From a virus: a stretch of DNA of 64,000 nucleotides. The position numbers and the translations under genes are program-made. A model generated the notes under the pieces. That model had not been told where the DNA came from. It did not search any database and saw only the letters and a program-made list of their open reading frames with translations. The DNA lies in IMG/VR virus record IMGVR_UViG_3300023106_000001, positions 1,485 through 65,484 of that record, one strand, 5' to 3'. Positions 1 to 11,908 of the stretch are shown piece by piece (the stretch's first letter is position 1; each line of letters opens with the position of its first letter).

Positions 1-211
1 AAATTAATCCTTTTTTAAGTGTTTCAGAAGTAAAAAAGTTTTCAGGCGGATGTATATCAAAACTTTCATATTTACTTATTCTGGGCGGTTCAAGCCTCTC
101 AAGTTCGTCAAAATATCTAAGAACATCTTTTGGCTCATAGAAATCTTTCAAACTTGCTAACCACATTCTATTTTTTAATACTTTAGCTGCGTCAATATCA
201 ATTTGCTCCAT
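1..211 (-). CDS. hypothetical protein, partial (runs off window start)
   Basis: ATG at 211 (MEQIDIDAAK...) with an open frame to the window edge; promoter-like TAAGTTTA just upstream. Confidence 0.6.
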   Translation of the reverse strand, partial: MEQIDIDAAKVLKNRMWLASLKDFYEPKDVLRYFDELERLEPPRISKYESFDIHPPENFFTSETLKKGLI

Positions 212-240
212 TTCTATTTATTTTTTGTAAACTTACGTAT

Positions 241-1595
241 TTATTCTGAGACTAACAAACTTTTTAGTTCTTTTTTCACGGCGCGTAAAGCAGTTAGTTT
301 AAAACTTGTCTTCATAGAACCACCCGATAACCCTTTTATTTCTGCTGTTATCTCATCAATACGTTTCTGAATCAATTCATTTTTAGCTTCGTATCCAGCT
401 TTGAATAAGTCTTTATTACGTATACAAGTATTATCATAATTAGAAATTACATAGTCTTCTTGGTTAAATCCGTGTGTTAGGAAATAGATATCTAGTGCTT
501 TCATCTTATAAGTAGTTTAACTGTTATCGCACCTGATATTAATGTTAAAATCATATACTTTAAAACTTTTTTATTATTTGTTTCTGTGTAAACTACGAAT
601 ACCGCACTTAAATACTTTAACCAAAGTAAGATTGTACAACATACAAAGAAAGGAATTATGAAAAACATTATTGGATTAAAATTATTCCCACTCATTTGGA
701 TCTCCTTTTAAAAACTTATTAATTTCAGCTATATTCTTTTTTATGGCGGGCAGAACAGAAAGGTTAGAGCACAAACCTACAGTTATACCATTAATAGTCA
801 CTTCACAAGCTAAGTCATTATCTTTCAACAACTCTTTTACTGCGTTTAACATTATAAGTTCATTTTGGGCTTCTCTTGTATCCTCAATTTTATTATCGTA
901 ATTTATATTATTTTCGTATTTCATATCTATTTGGTTGTATTTGTCCGTGTATTGAATAAAATTTTTTAGCGGATGTAATGAAGGTTTTAATCATATCTAA
1001 AGCATCCTCATTAAAGTTTGATTTTTCATAGAAATCCCAGTTGGTATTTGCTAATTGTAAAGCTGGATCAAAAGCCCAATAGTGCTGACCAAAATAAATT
1101 CCAAACATAGCAAAAAATTCTTGTTTTTCCATAATTTACATATCAAATGAATCATTTCTTTTATATACTCCGTCCTTATTTGGCGCATTAAATCGAGGTT
1201 GTTCGGATTTCGCGGAAAAAAGATTTAAAAAACAGTCATACATGTCCTCATCACTATATCCAAACCATTCTTCAGCTCTTTCCTGAGTATCTACTTCTCT
1301 TAACCACAATGCAAATTTAATTGCTGTTTCTTTAGTTGTCATTGTTTTCAAGTTCAGTTTTTACTTCATACCAAAATTCAGTTATTTCTTTTACTTGCGG
1401 AATTGTCAAATAAGACTTCACTCTGTATCCATTATACTCCGATAAGATTTCTTCAACAGTTCTTATAGACGACTGATTAGCTTTCCATTCTGCAACTTTG
1501 TCACTACTTACTCCAAAGAAATCTAAATGGTTTTTCTGTAGTTCTTTTGCTTTCTCTTTTGGTGTCATTTTATAATTCTTTAAATCGTTTCTCAA
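241..1595 (-). other. cluster of six small overlapping hypothetical phage ORFs (64-87 aa)
   Basis: co-oriented ORFs with overlapping stop/start codons; no recognisable motifs. Confidence 0.65.
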
Positions 1596-2385
1596 TTTTA
1601 TCTAAATGCTCTTTTGCAATAGGTTTTCCAGAAGTGTTTAATTTCAAGAAATAGTTTAAAACTGCTTTCTCACTCATATTTTCTTTTCTAGTAACAGCTA
1701 CAGAAACCGCCGTATTTTCAAACACATATTTAAATTCCCAAGGAAGTTCCGAATAATAATAACCTTTATAAGTAAACTGATCAGTGAAAAATCTGTATAG
1801 GGCAGTTAAGCGTTGTTTTCCATCGAGGATCTCATACATTATAGGTAAACTGTATCCTAAGTGAATAAATACAAACTTCCCAATATCCACTCTATTAAAA
1901 ATAGATTCAATAAGTTTCTCATTATTTTCATTATTCCATACTAACTCTCTTTGATAATCAGGATTAAAATCAACTCCAAAACTAATTATATAAGATTCTA
2001 CTAAAGAACTCACACTTTGTTGCATGAATTGAAGTCTTAAATCTTCACCCAAATCTAAATCACACTCTCTATTACTTAATTTAAAAACATCATACCATCC
2101 TAAAATTCGTTTTCTAGCGTCAATGTATTCATCCGAAGAATAAGACTTAGTAGTTTTATAAGTTATAAATACTTCATAAATATCTGTATCTATTATATCA
2201 ACTACTTTGGCCGAAATAAAACCTCCGTTATGTACATAAACATCCTCTCCTATCGTAAATTTCTTTCTGTCATTTGGAGCATATCCAATTCTAGTGAAAT
2301 CTTCTTTGATATCTTTTATTGTACTTGCTTTATTCTGTTCGTAGATTTGCTCTTGAGTTAGTTCTACTTTTACTTTTTTGGCCAT
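1570..2385 (-). CDS. DUF262 (GmrSD N-terminal / ParB-like fold) domain protein with an extra N-terminal domain
   Basis: motifs FNPDYQRELVW, EILDGKQRLTAL and FLKLNTSGKPI typical of DUF262. Confidence 0.8.
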   Translation of the reverse strand: MAKKVKVELTQEQIYEQNKASTIKDIKEDFTRIGYAPNDRKKFTIGEDVYVHNGGFISAKVVDIIDTDIYEVFITYKTTKSYSSDEYIDARKRILGWYDVFKLSNRECDLDLGEDLRLQFMQQSVSSLVESYIISFGVDFNPDYQRELVWNNENNEKLIESIFNRVDIGKFVFIHLGYSLPIMYEILDGKQRLTALYRFFTDQFTYKGYYYSELPWEFKYVFENTAVSVAVTRKENMSEKAVLNYFLKLNTSGKPIAKEHLDKIEKRFKEL

Positions 2386-2522
2386 TATTTTATAATTTTA
2401 GGTGTTTTTCGCAATTCTTTTAAGCCATTTGGCGCGCAAAAAGAGTGAAAAACAGTTAATTTTAATGCAAATATAAATGATATTAATTTACTGTGCAAGT
2501 AAACACACGGATATTTCAAATT

Positions 2523-4505
2523 TTAATGTACGTCTCCATAAGATTTTGCAAACTCTGGGGAAGATTCAAATTGAATTGGTTGATTAAATGCCCTATTAAC
2601 TTTATCCATACTTTCTTGAATAATCTTTCTAGTTTTCTCCTCCTCTCCCTCATTAATATACCAGGAGGCCTCGTCATGTACCGTCATTATTGGCTTCACA
2701 CCTGCTTGGATTAAATACCATAAAAAAGTATCAAACACACAAGACCCGAAATTCTGATTACATGCTGAAAATTTAATATGATCCGCAGTTAGTAGTAGCC
2801 ATAACTTTGTGAAAGGGTTGTAGATCCAATTCTTACCTTCTACAGTTTTAACAGTTAAATTATCAGTATACTTTTTAACACTCCAGTTAAGATCCCAATA
2901 AGTTTTATGTAAAGCTTGCCCAACTTTTAAAGCTACCCCTGCTGTTTCTGCAATTTTCTTAGGAGATGCTGAATATGTGGCACTGTAGTTAGTGGTCTTA
3001 CATGTGTGGCGAACTTTAGATAATCTATTAAACTGTTCATATAGTTCTGTAATATTGTAAATTTTAAAACTTTCTGGAATTTCTTTATATAATTCTTCTG
3101 TATTTTTTTCCTCTTTTTTTGACCACTTACTATAGATTTTATAAAAGTCTATCTCATCTTCTGACATAAAATTTCCTAAAAGTGCAATTTTCAAATGGGC
3201 ATCATATCCAGGAGTATTTAGTGTTTCAACATACTCTTTATCATAAGGATAAATGGAACATTGCTTAGTCTTATCTTCAAGGCTTGATAAATCTGCGTTT
3301 ACTAATAATTTCTTTTCTGGAGCAATTAGACACTTTCTAACTAACTCTCCATATTGTGAATTATTTGAAGGTAAGTTAACAATTGGTTTTATATGTTTTA
3401 CGCGCCATGTTTTTGCCATTCCAGACCAAGATGCTGTAACATAACCATCTTCTGTCATAGTGCTTAAAAATGCCTTTAAATAGCCTGCTCTATGTTGTGC
3501 AACGCTTAATCCATCAAGTGATTGTAATTCAGGATTTTTTTCTATTAGTTTTTGTATACTTTTACACAAATTTTTCTCATCATCTCTTAATTGAGGAACT
3601 TTTCCATTTGCTCCATCTTTAAATAATTTTGGCTCCCATCCAAGTGATAGTAAGTAATCTTTCATTTGTTTAGTGCTCTGACAATTAGGTTCAGTGTATC
3701 CTGTAGTAACATTTATTTGACCATCATAATCTTCTGGTAAATTGCAAGCTTTAACCATTTCAAACCACTTCTTTCCACTTTCACTTAAATCTCCTGTTTT
3801 TTTATAGAGTACTTTTGGTCTATTTCTTGTTGATACTATAGGAATCTTTGGTAAGATAGAGTTGAGTTCAGTCTCTTTTTCAGATATAATTTTTTCAAGA
3901 TAAGCTAAGTTTTTTTTACATAGCTCTACATCTAGTTTTATCTTATTATTTTCTTGAATATGTTGTAATTCTATTTTAAAATTAGCTCTTGATATTGGAG
4001 AATGAATTTCATCATCAGTTTCGTATAATTGTCTTAATAAATCCAACTGTTTATCCCATAATAAGGCGTTTATTAAACAATCTCGTTCACAACGTTCAAC
4101 AGCTTTATCATAAGATAGATTTGCCCACTCTTCTGGAGATATTTTTACTTTTTCATACCCCATCTCGATACCCCATTCTTCAAGACCGTGTTTTAATCTA
4201 TCATTGTATAGGTAATGACTTAACGATAGAGAATCAATTATTTTAGCTTGGAAATTAATTTCTGGAAACATAATCTTAAGAGCTGGCAAATCATATCCCA
4301 GAAAAAAATGTCCTACAATAGTATTATCAGGATTTTCAAACAGTTTTTTTATATCTTCCTCTTTATTTGTTGATTTTATTTTCCATTCTTCCTCAACTTT
4401 CCAAGCTACAGATAATACGTGAAGATCCTCCTTAGATTTAATTACATCTAAAAGTCCAGTAGTTTCTATATCGGTTACGTATACATTATCTAGGTTATAT
4501 TTCAT
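2523..4505 (-). CDS. polA: family A (T7-like) DNA polymerase with 3'-5' exonuclease domain
   Basis: ExoI DIETTG, ExoII GHFFLGYDLP, motif A DLSSLE, motif B RHTCKTTNYSATY, motif C VHDE. Confidence 0.93.
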   Translation of the reverse strand: MKYNLDNVYVTDIETTGLLDVIKSKEDLHVLSVAWKVEEEWKIKSTNKEEDIKKLFENPDNTIVGHFFLGYDLPALKIMFPEINFQAKIIDSLSLSHYLYNDRLKHGLEEWGIEMGYEKVKISPEEWANLSYDKAVERCERDCLINALLWDKQLDLLRQLYETDDEIHSPISRANFKIELQHIQENNKIKLDVELCKKNLAYLEKIISEKETELNSILPKIPIVSTRNRPKVLYKKTGDLSESGKKWFEMVKACNLPEDYDGQINVTTGYTEPNCQSTKQMKDYLLSLGWEPKLFKDGANGKVPQLRDDEKNLCKSIQKLIEKNPELQSLDGLSVAQHRAGYLKAFLSTMTEDGYVTASWSGMAKTWRVKHIKPIVNLPSNNSQYGELVRKCLIAPEKKLLVNADLSSLEDKTKQCSIYPYDKEYVETLNTPGYDAHLKIALLGNFMSEDEIDFYKIYSKWSKKEEKNTEELYKEIPESFKIYNITELYEQFNRLSKVRHTCKTTNYSATYSASPKKIAETAGVALKVGQALHKTYWDLNWSVKKYTDNLTVKTVEGKNWIYNPFTKLWLLLTADHIKFSACNQNFGSCVFDTFLWYLIQAGVKPIMTVHDEASWYINEGEEEKTRKIIQESMDKVNRAFNQPIQFESSPEFAKSYGDVH

Positions 4506-5245
4506 AATTTATATTCTTCAATTATTTCCTCTATAGACATTCCTTTTCGTATTCTGTATCTAAATGCATTTGCATCAACCTTAATTAGATCAGCTAATTC
4601 TTTTCCATTGTATACATTTCCCTTATATTCAAGTTCAAATTTACCTACACCCTCTTTACCATACACCATTTCTTCTACAGAATATCCACTATTTCTTCTT
4701 TGTTGTATAGTAGTTCTACTCACTCCCGTTTTTCTTGCTAATTGTGCCTCAGTATAATACTCTCCCTCAAATAGTAGTTCTAATGAATCTCTTTTATTAT
4801 TCGCTTGCTCTTCTGTATTTGCCCATCTGCAATTTTCAAAACAATAGTTACCATTAACATTTTCTCTATCTAATGACAATCCTTCTTGAAATGAATTATA
4901 CATGTCTTCTACAAATAAATCAAAATTTTCCCATCTTTCGCAGACTCTAATACCTCTTCCTCCATAACTACTATAACAGGCTCTATTAGGATTACTGCAT
5001 CTAGATTTCATATTTTTCCAAATAGAATATAGTCGGTGATCTTCTTTTTTAGGCCTAGATTTTCTTAAAGTTAAACTACAATCTCTGCAACTTTTAGATT
5101 TGTTAGTGGTTAAATTATCTTGGGTGATATTTTTAATCTTCCCACATTCACACAAACATTTCCATACTCTCTTGTTATGTTTATCCCTTTCAACTTCTTC
5201 TAAAACTAACCAACTATTAAAATATTTACCCTTTAAATCTAACAT
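4502..5245 (-). CDS. HNH homing endonuclease
   Basis: WKCLCECG, WKNMKSRC, YGGRGIRVCERW, LDRENVNGNYCFENCRWA; C-terminal HTH-like repeats. Confidence 0.88.
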   Translation of the reverse strand: MLDLKGKYFNSWLVLEEVERDKHNKRVWKCLCECGKIKNITQDNLTTNKSKSCRDCSLTLRKSRPKKEDHRLYSIWKNMKSRCSNPNRACYSSYGGRGIRVCERWENFDLFVEDMYNSFQEGLSLDRENVNGNYCFENCRWANTEEQANNKRDSLELLFEGEYYTEAQLARKTGVSRTTIQQRRNSGYSVEEMVYGKEGVGKFELEYKGNVYNGKELADLIKVDANAFRYRIRKGMSIEEIIEEYKL

Positions 5246-5978
5246 TATTATTCCTCCAATTTAAATTTTTCAAAAAACTCCTGCTTTGATCTACAATATT
5301 TCTTAGTATAGCCAAACTCTCTGTAAATTACTGCCTCTACCCATACATCATCTTCTTGTATTTCACAGTAGTCTAGTATTACGTAGGAATTGTTATTTAT
5401 ATAGTGTATGTATAATTCCATTTTTTCTGTCTTTTTATTCTTTTCCCGCGAAATTATTTAACTAATAAATCTCCACACTTCAAACACTTCTTAGTTTTTA
5501 CTTGACCTTTAGTTAATATTGTTATGTCAGAAGTAAATTCATAATAAATATGATCACAACCTTTTTCCTTTCTATTATACCAAGCGTTTAATACAGATTC
5601 TATGCTCATAAATTTCTATTTTTATCAAATTTATAAGCTGTTGGTATTCCTAGGATCATTGAATTTACAAAATCTTGATCTAATTCTTTTTTCGCGGCCG
5701 ATTGCCTTAGTTCTTCGCTTGCCCACTCTTCATGTATTTTCTTAAAGTATTTCATAACTTATCCTCCAATTCAATTACAACAAATCTTTTAACTGTTTCT
5801 TCCCAATTATATGGTGCATCTTCTATATAAAAAGGCTCACTATTAGATTTATATTTGACTTCCTCTAAACTTTCTTCCCACTTATCAACTTTGTCTTCAT
5901 ACCAATATTTATGACTGTCAGCATTAAAGCTTTCAATTAATCTTGTTATATCTTCTTCTGTTATTATGTATGTTTTCA

Positions 5979-6503
5979 TTAAACTGTTGTTTTAGTTTTT
6001 TCTTCCGCGGATTTTACCATTCCTAACGCTCGCTGTAAACCAAACTCCAACGCCTCTTCATATGTTTTATACCACGTCATTAACTCCATAGAGAAACTTG
6101 ACAGTCGTTCATAAAAATCCCACGTATCCTTTTTTCTCCCTTTACCCTCAGGAATATCATAAACTATATTCCATACATAAGCAGTCTCTGAGTCATCTAT
6201 AGTTTCAAAGTCTATCAACAGTCTAATATTATGTATTTCTCTTAAATACTGTTGCAAAAAAGCTTGTGTATAAGCGGGAGCTATATGAGGCTGACCTTTT
6301 CTGTTTTTAACTATCTGAAACATATTGTCGTTGTAGTCTTCAGGCATTAAGTTTTTATTCAATTGCCCATCAGCTTTAAAATTCATGAATGGATAAACAT
6401 AATAGTGAGTATGAGGTAAATCTAAACTTTTTTCTTTTGCTAATTTAGCAGTTTCAAATGATATGTATTGTTCCATTATATCAAATATGTTTTTGGTGAT
6501 CAA
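5979..6503 (-). CDS. hypothetical protein, paralog family A
   Basis: ETAKLAKEK...TQAFLQQYLREIHNI...YKTYEEALEFG shared with 6669..7097 and 8794..9237. Confidence 0.7.
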   Translation of the reverse strand: MITKNIFDIMEQYISFETAKLAKEKSLDLPHTHYYVYPFMNFKADGQLNKNLMPEDYNDNMFQIVKNRKGQPHIAPAYTQAFLQQYLREIHNIRLLIDFETIDDSETAYVWNIVYDIPEGKGRKKDTWDFYERLSSFSMELMTWYKTYEEALEFGLQRALGMVKSAEEKTKTTV

Positions 6504-6668
6504 TCCAAGTGTTCAAATATTTCCACTCGTCTTGCGCAATTAATGAATAATCTATTGTTTTATTAAAATTGACTTTATAGAAGTGACGCATAGCAGGTAT
6601 TATAACTAACCAGAAGAATTCCTCATCTCTTCCTTTTTCTGTAAATTTTTCAAATAGATCTAAGAAGT

Positions 6669-7097
6669 TTAACATAATTTCAACGCATTAAATAATCCCT
6701 TCTCAAAAGCCTCCTCATAAGATTTAAAATCTATTCCGTACCAATCAGCAGGACTGTTTATGTGAGCTATAGGAGTTTTAATTACTTTTATATGATTCCA
6801 GTTTGAAACATGTACTATCCATCTAGTTTCATCTTTATAATGTACTTCTGTATCTCTTGAAACATCTACATCTATATTATGTTCTTCTCTTAACCAGTTT
6901 TTAAGTACAGACTGAGTTGGTCTCCAATACTTTACAAATTCTTTAGCATATTCTAGCTTTTCTTCAAAATTATCGCCTATATAATCCATAACAGAAGATT
7001 CCTCATCAGCTATATCAATAAAGTCCCAACAGGGAATATTATACTCTTTACTTTCTGCTAGAATTGCTGTTTCTATGTCTATTATCTTTTCTTTCAT
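6669..7097 (-). CDS. hypothetical protein, paralog family A
   Basis: ETAILAESK...PTQSVLKNWLREEHNI...FKSYEEAFEKG. Confidence 0.7.
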   Translation of the reverse strand: MKEKIIDIETAILAESKEYNIPCWDFIDIADEESSVMDYIGDNFEEKLEYAKEFVKYWRPTQSVLKNWLREEHNIDVDVSRDTEVHYKDETRWIVHVSNWNHIKVIKTPIAHINSPADWYGIDFKSYEEAFEKGLFNALKLC

Positions 7098-7776
7098 CTT
7101 TTGTTATTTATTTTTGTCCCGCCGAAAATTAACAAGCTCTTTCAATAAACTGTAGTCAAACCCATCCACTGAATTTACATAGTCTAAAACAGCTTTCTTT
7201 CCTGCATCCGTTTTTATATAATTTCCTATAGCTACAGATATATTAGGGATAGTTGTATATTTTCTAGAATCTAAAGCTTCTTGGCCTTTTGGAGTTAATT
7301 CTTCTATTTTTATACAGTTGTAATACTTGGATAATCTTTCCACATCTTCATAAAACTTCTTATCATTACTCATTTGATTACACTCCATTACACAACCTTC
7401 ATCACTCATAATACAATAAGCTTTTACATTCTCATCTTCTAAGGTTGAAATATAGTATTTATTTTCCATGTTTGCTAAAATTAAATCCTTTCCTAATTAT
7501 ATACAATTGAGCGATTCTTTGTTCTGCTGTACCAAACATACTACTGTAAAGCTTGCATAAATATGGGTCTTCTTTATTTACTGTTTGCCACCATTCTTTC
7601 ATTATAATTTCTTTATTATTTTTATTTCCGCGCCATTTGATACTAATATATGATTTTTAGTAAATGAATCTGCCCAAGCATCATGAAATCTAAGTTCAAA
7701 ACTTTCCATTTTAGGATATAATCTCATCCATCTAAGTACTTTCTTCCAAATGGGTGTTTTTAGTTCTGTTGTTACT

Positions 7777-8340
7777 TTATACCTCGCCATTTTCTCTAAT
7801 CATTTTACAGATCCAATCAAAAGCATCAAAACAAATGTCTAATTGAATATTTTGTTGTTTACAATAAGGAATCATTTCATATTCTAAATCTATGTCTCCT
7901 CTAAAAGCGTGATACTGATAGGCTATTTTATCGTCAACATAATGTAATAAATCGGTTAACTGTCTTTTTAACTTTTTTAAATCCTCTCCTTCATAGCCAT
8001 ATTCTTGGAGTCCTGTATCAATTAACTCTTGTATTTCTTTTTCCGTGGCCTCTGAATCATATTCATCATAAGTTAAAGAATTGTCTCTTCTCATTTTTTC
8101 CAGCCAATATCCGTCACTTACTAGACCATCTTTTGAAGGATGAAATTCGCGACAAAAACTAAAACGGCCATAATCGCCATCAATTGTCAAAACTCCACAA
8201 GAATTAATAAAAATAACTCTATACCACATTGTATTTGGTACTTTTAATTCCCACACATCTAGATTATGTCCTGTAATAGGATTAGTATAATGTGTTTCAT
8301 ATAAAATATGTTTGCTGAAATCTATATCTGTTCTTTTCAT
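7777..8340 (-). CDS. hypothetical phage protein (187 aa)
   Basis: long ORF in operon context; no function recognised. Confidence 0.65.
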   Translation of the reverse strand: MKRTDIDFSKHILYETHYTNPITGHNLDVWELKVPNTMWYRVIFINSCGVLTIDGDYGRFSFCREFHPSKDGLVSDGYWLEKMRRDNSLTYDEYDSEATEKEIQELIDTGLQEYGYEGEDLKKLKRQLTDLLHYVDDKIAYQYHAFRGDIDLEYEMIPYCKQQNIQLDICFDAFDWICKMIRENGEV

Positions 8341-8793
8341 ATCTAATATAAGCCTAAATCACGTTTAAATCTATTTACCCCATTCTGGGCATCATTACAT
8401 TGATCTCCTATAAATTGTTCATGATAATCAAGTATTTCCGCAAGTTGTATTATATCTTCACAATTCTCTATATTATTAGAATTTATTAAAGAGCTACCAA
8501 AATAATCTCTATACTCCAACATTTTTAGCTTAATTTCTTCTATGCTCATAACTATATCTCTTTAAACCAAAGTGGCTCGTTTTCTACTATTTTCGCGGCG
8601 ATTCTAAAATTATCATAAATATCGGAATAATAACTAAATCCAAAAATAGGAGAATACCTAATTAAAACTGTTCCTTTTTTGAAATAATCTGGACATCCTG
8701 GATATCTATCTTGTAGTTCGTATTTCATTGCAATAAATATTTTTGTTTATATTAAAGTTATCTTCGTGTTCTTTGGAGTCTTGGAGCCACGTA

Positions 8794-9237
8794 TTATTTT
8801 GTGTCATTTTCTAATGTTTGTTTTATTGCGGATTCTAGGCATTTTTCATATGTATCATAAACACCATCTTTTAAATCAGATATCTTTACATAAGATTCAT
8901 CAACAATATCAGTTCCACTCCAACAATATCCTAATGCACCAATAAATACAGCAATATCTATTTTCAATTCCTCCCTAATCCACTTCTGAATCTCACAAAG
9001 TAAAAGATAATCACAAGTATCATTTATTAATAAGTTCTTTCCTTCTCCTAAATGGTATTTTAGTGTTACGGAAGTAGAAACTGTTTTTGCTTTAAATCCT
9101 TTTTCGCGCGCTAATTTACAAATTTCTTTCATATTATCAAATTTTTCCATTTCTATCTCAATTTCTTTAAGCCTCTTATCTGAAATAGAGGATATCAAAT
9201 CGTCTATTATTTTACTTGTATATAATTTGGCTCGCAT
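8794..9237 (-). CDS. hypothetical protein, paralog family A
   Basis: CKLAREKGF...IQKWIREELKI...YDTYEKCLE. Confidence 0.65.
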   Translation of the reverse strand: MRAKLYTSKIIDDLISSISDKRLKEIEIEMEKFDNMKEICKLAREKGFKAKTVSTSVTLKYHLGEGKNLLINDTCDYLLLCEIQKWIREELKIDIAVFIGALGYCWSGTDIVDESYVKISDLKDGVYDTYEKCLESAIKQTLENDTK

Positions 9238-9239
9238 AT

Positions 9240-9482
9240 CTATGGTGCTTTATAAAAAAGTATTCTTCTTTCTATGGTGTTGTTAATAAATCTATCATTA
9301 ACATATGTAATAGTCAGGCTTTTTGTAAAGTTAGTTTCCTTATCTACAGTCTCTTTAACTATGTTTCCGTTAGGTTCGTATAACACACTGTCCAGAACAA
9401 GAAATTCTTCACAAGGGCAATTATTGATATAATAGCAATTTTCTGTATCTTCTTGTATACCTATGTAAAAAGTTGTCTTCAT
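9240..9482 (-). CDS. hypothetical protein, paralog of 16709..16945
   Basis: shared MKTTFY...LYEPNGNIVK...KSLTIT.VND.F...IERRI. Confidence 0.7.
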   Translation of the reverse strand: MKTTFYIGIQEDTENCYYINNCPCEEFLVLDSVLYEPNGNIVKETVDKETNFTKSLTITYVNDRFINNTIERRILFYKAP

Positions 9483-9484
9483 AT

Positions 9485-11128
9485 CTATATTATTTTATTT
9501 GGCCAAATTAATTGATCGTCAGGTTGTAATAGATTACTGTTTTTAAATGCTGTTAGAGGTGCGGGTTTATTAGATAAATATCCACAAGTCACACACCAAG
9601 TAATACCGAAATTGTTGTCTTTTAATTTATGTTTTCCTTTTTCACAGTTTTTTCGGCGCTCCCAGTAAATTCTGAGTTGTTCTTCTTTTTCCATTACTTA
9701 TCTTTCAAACAGTTTAAAATTGATCCTTTGTCTACACTGTACCATTGATAGTCTAATTCAAAGTATTCTAGTATTTCGGCCTTTTCTGCCGCAACAGAAA
9801 GAACTAAATCACCATACTCCTCCAAAAGTAGCTCTACCTTAGCAGCTTGTAATGGTTGTACTAAATTTGTAATTCCTTTACTCTCTAAAAATTCTAGTGG
9901 TGTCATGATTTAAAAACTAAATTATAATATTCTTCTCCTCTTTCTTGCATTGTTTCTTTTCCGTGCATCCCAAATTCTATAGCTGTGTCAATTATGTTTT
10001 GTTTTTCTAAATGTAATAGATTCTGTCTATTTTCGTCCAGCCATTTTATAAATTTATTTGCGTCGAAATTCTTATCTCTGTTATCTAATATTTGTTTGAC
10101 TACTGTCTTCATAATTAATAAGGTATTTCCATCCATTTAATAACTTCTTGACCTAAATCATAATTGTCATTATCATACCACTCTTCAAATATTTGTCCGT
10201 CTAAGATACCATCATTGAATTTAGCTATGTGATATTTATAATCTTTACATTGAACTAACATGTAATCACTTTCTTTTCCGTCAAAATCACCTGTTATATA
10301 CGTATTAGGTAACTTATCTTTTGTGTATTTCCAACTCATATTAAATATACTTTTCTACATTAATTCTATCTAAAGTAATTAAAAACTGCCAATTACCGCC
10401 TAATATGTCTCCACACGATTGTAATCCTTTTTCTTTTAGAATCTTTTTATACCCCGCCACACCTTCTCTAAGGTCTTCTTCATGCCAATCCTTAGACGAA
10501 TTAATTTTTATATTTTCTAGAAAATCAATTATATGTTCTACCACATCAGTTTCATTTTGGTAAAAGTCAACTTCCATAGTATAACCACCTTCGAATTTTT
10601 TAATGATGTATTCTAGTGCTTTGTTTGGAGTATTAAAATCTAAACTAAAATCATTATCTGTTTCTACTTCTATATTTAATCTTATCATAATTTTTTTGTT
10701 TAGTTTATTAATTTTTCTAGCTGTTTTGAAATCTTATCGTATTTATTCATATATGATTTATGTTCTAATTCACATATGACTTCCATTGCTCTCAAATCTT
10801 TTTCTGAAAACTTTTCATTTACTAATGAACGATAGTTTACATCTCGGCGAGAAAAAGAAAGTTTAGTGCCAACTACCGTATAAATTAAGCTCCATTGATC
10901 AGTTCTCTCTTTATGTGTCAATTCTTCAATATAATATATCTCTAGAGTTTTTCCATAAAGAGGGCATTTATAAAATCTCTTCAAACAAATATTTTTAAAT
11001 TCATTTTTAAGAATAGTGAATATTTCTTCCTCCTTATTTTTAACAGCTTCTTCTTTGTGCTTTATAACTTGTTTGAATTCAGCTAAAGTTAAATTCTCAT
11101 CGTATTTTTCTAAATCTTTTATCCACAT
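9485..11128 (-). other. cluster of six small hypothetical ORFs (10115..10339 is DUF551-like)
   Basis: tightly packed co-oriented ORFs; W...D.LP...VIKWMEIP pattern in 10115..10339. Confidence 0.6.
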
Positions 11129-11439
11129 AATGTTTTGCTTTTTTATTTCTACAAATCTAAGTATTACTTTTGATTCCTACAAGCTTTTTGTTGATTATTT
11201 TTAAACTGGGTATAATTAGGGCTTCTAACAGTGACTTTATATTAACTTCCGTTTCTTTTTCAACTGTTCTTTACTCTTTTACGCGCGAAGATTGGCAAAA
11301 CTGTTAAATAAATATGTGCTATTGATTATAACGGCGGAAACTCTGTAGACAAAGAGTGTCAAAAACAGTTATTTTAATTATTCCGCCAAGAAAAATAAAG
11401 CACAAGAAGCAAAGAATAATACAATTAATAAAGTAATTT

Positions 11440-11795
11440 TCGAGCATAAGAATCCCCTTTAAGAACTTTTACGTTCTCTGACCCCCATTTCTTTCCACAA
11501 TTTAACCAAATATATTTGATTTTGTTTATTTTTTATTGAGGGCGATTTTAACTTATGACTTTTAGCTGAGTGCCGTTCGTTGAGGGTGTATTACTTCCTC
11601 GTTCACCTACGTACTGCAAGATTTACCCATTTCATCGTATCTTGTCTAAATGTACCCACTAACCTATGTATAAGCTCTTTTTTCGGCTATCGGGGACAAC
11701 TCGTTCTCTATTTGAGAATTACAACCCGACTTCTGATCCTATACTAACTTTCGCTCTCTAGGATGTGATACACTTCTGTACCGCCTATTTAAAAA
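11440..11795 (-). ncRNA. candidate structured non-coding RNA
   Basis: ORF-free and GC-elevated; minus-strand stems ATCCTA/TAGGAT, TCGGG/CCCGA enclosing TTCTC/GAGAA, CAAGAT/ATCTTG, GAGG/CCTC, AGAAC/GTTCT; downstream of a promoter-like site near 11940. Confidence 0.45.
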
Positions 11796-11796
11796 T

Positions 11797-11908
11797 ACAA
11801 AAACCTCCTAACGCAAAAAACTAACAGTTAGAGCCATCACGCATCCTTCTATTAGTCCTTTTTGGTAAGAGGTTATCTTATTTATTTTGACGATTTTAGA
11901 GGTGATGG
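11797..11908 (-). promoter_or_regulatory. leader RNA: long terminator-like hairpin whose loop (GTGATGG) is complementary to an upstream CCATCAC
   Basis: hairpin AACCTC...GAGGTT followed by T-run; 11834-11840 complementary to 11902-11908. Confidence 0.55.
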
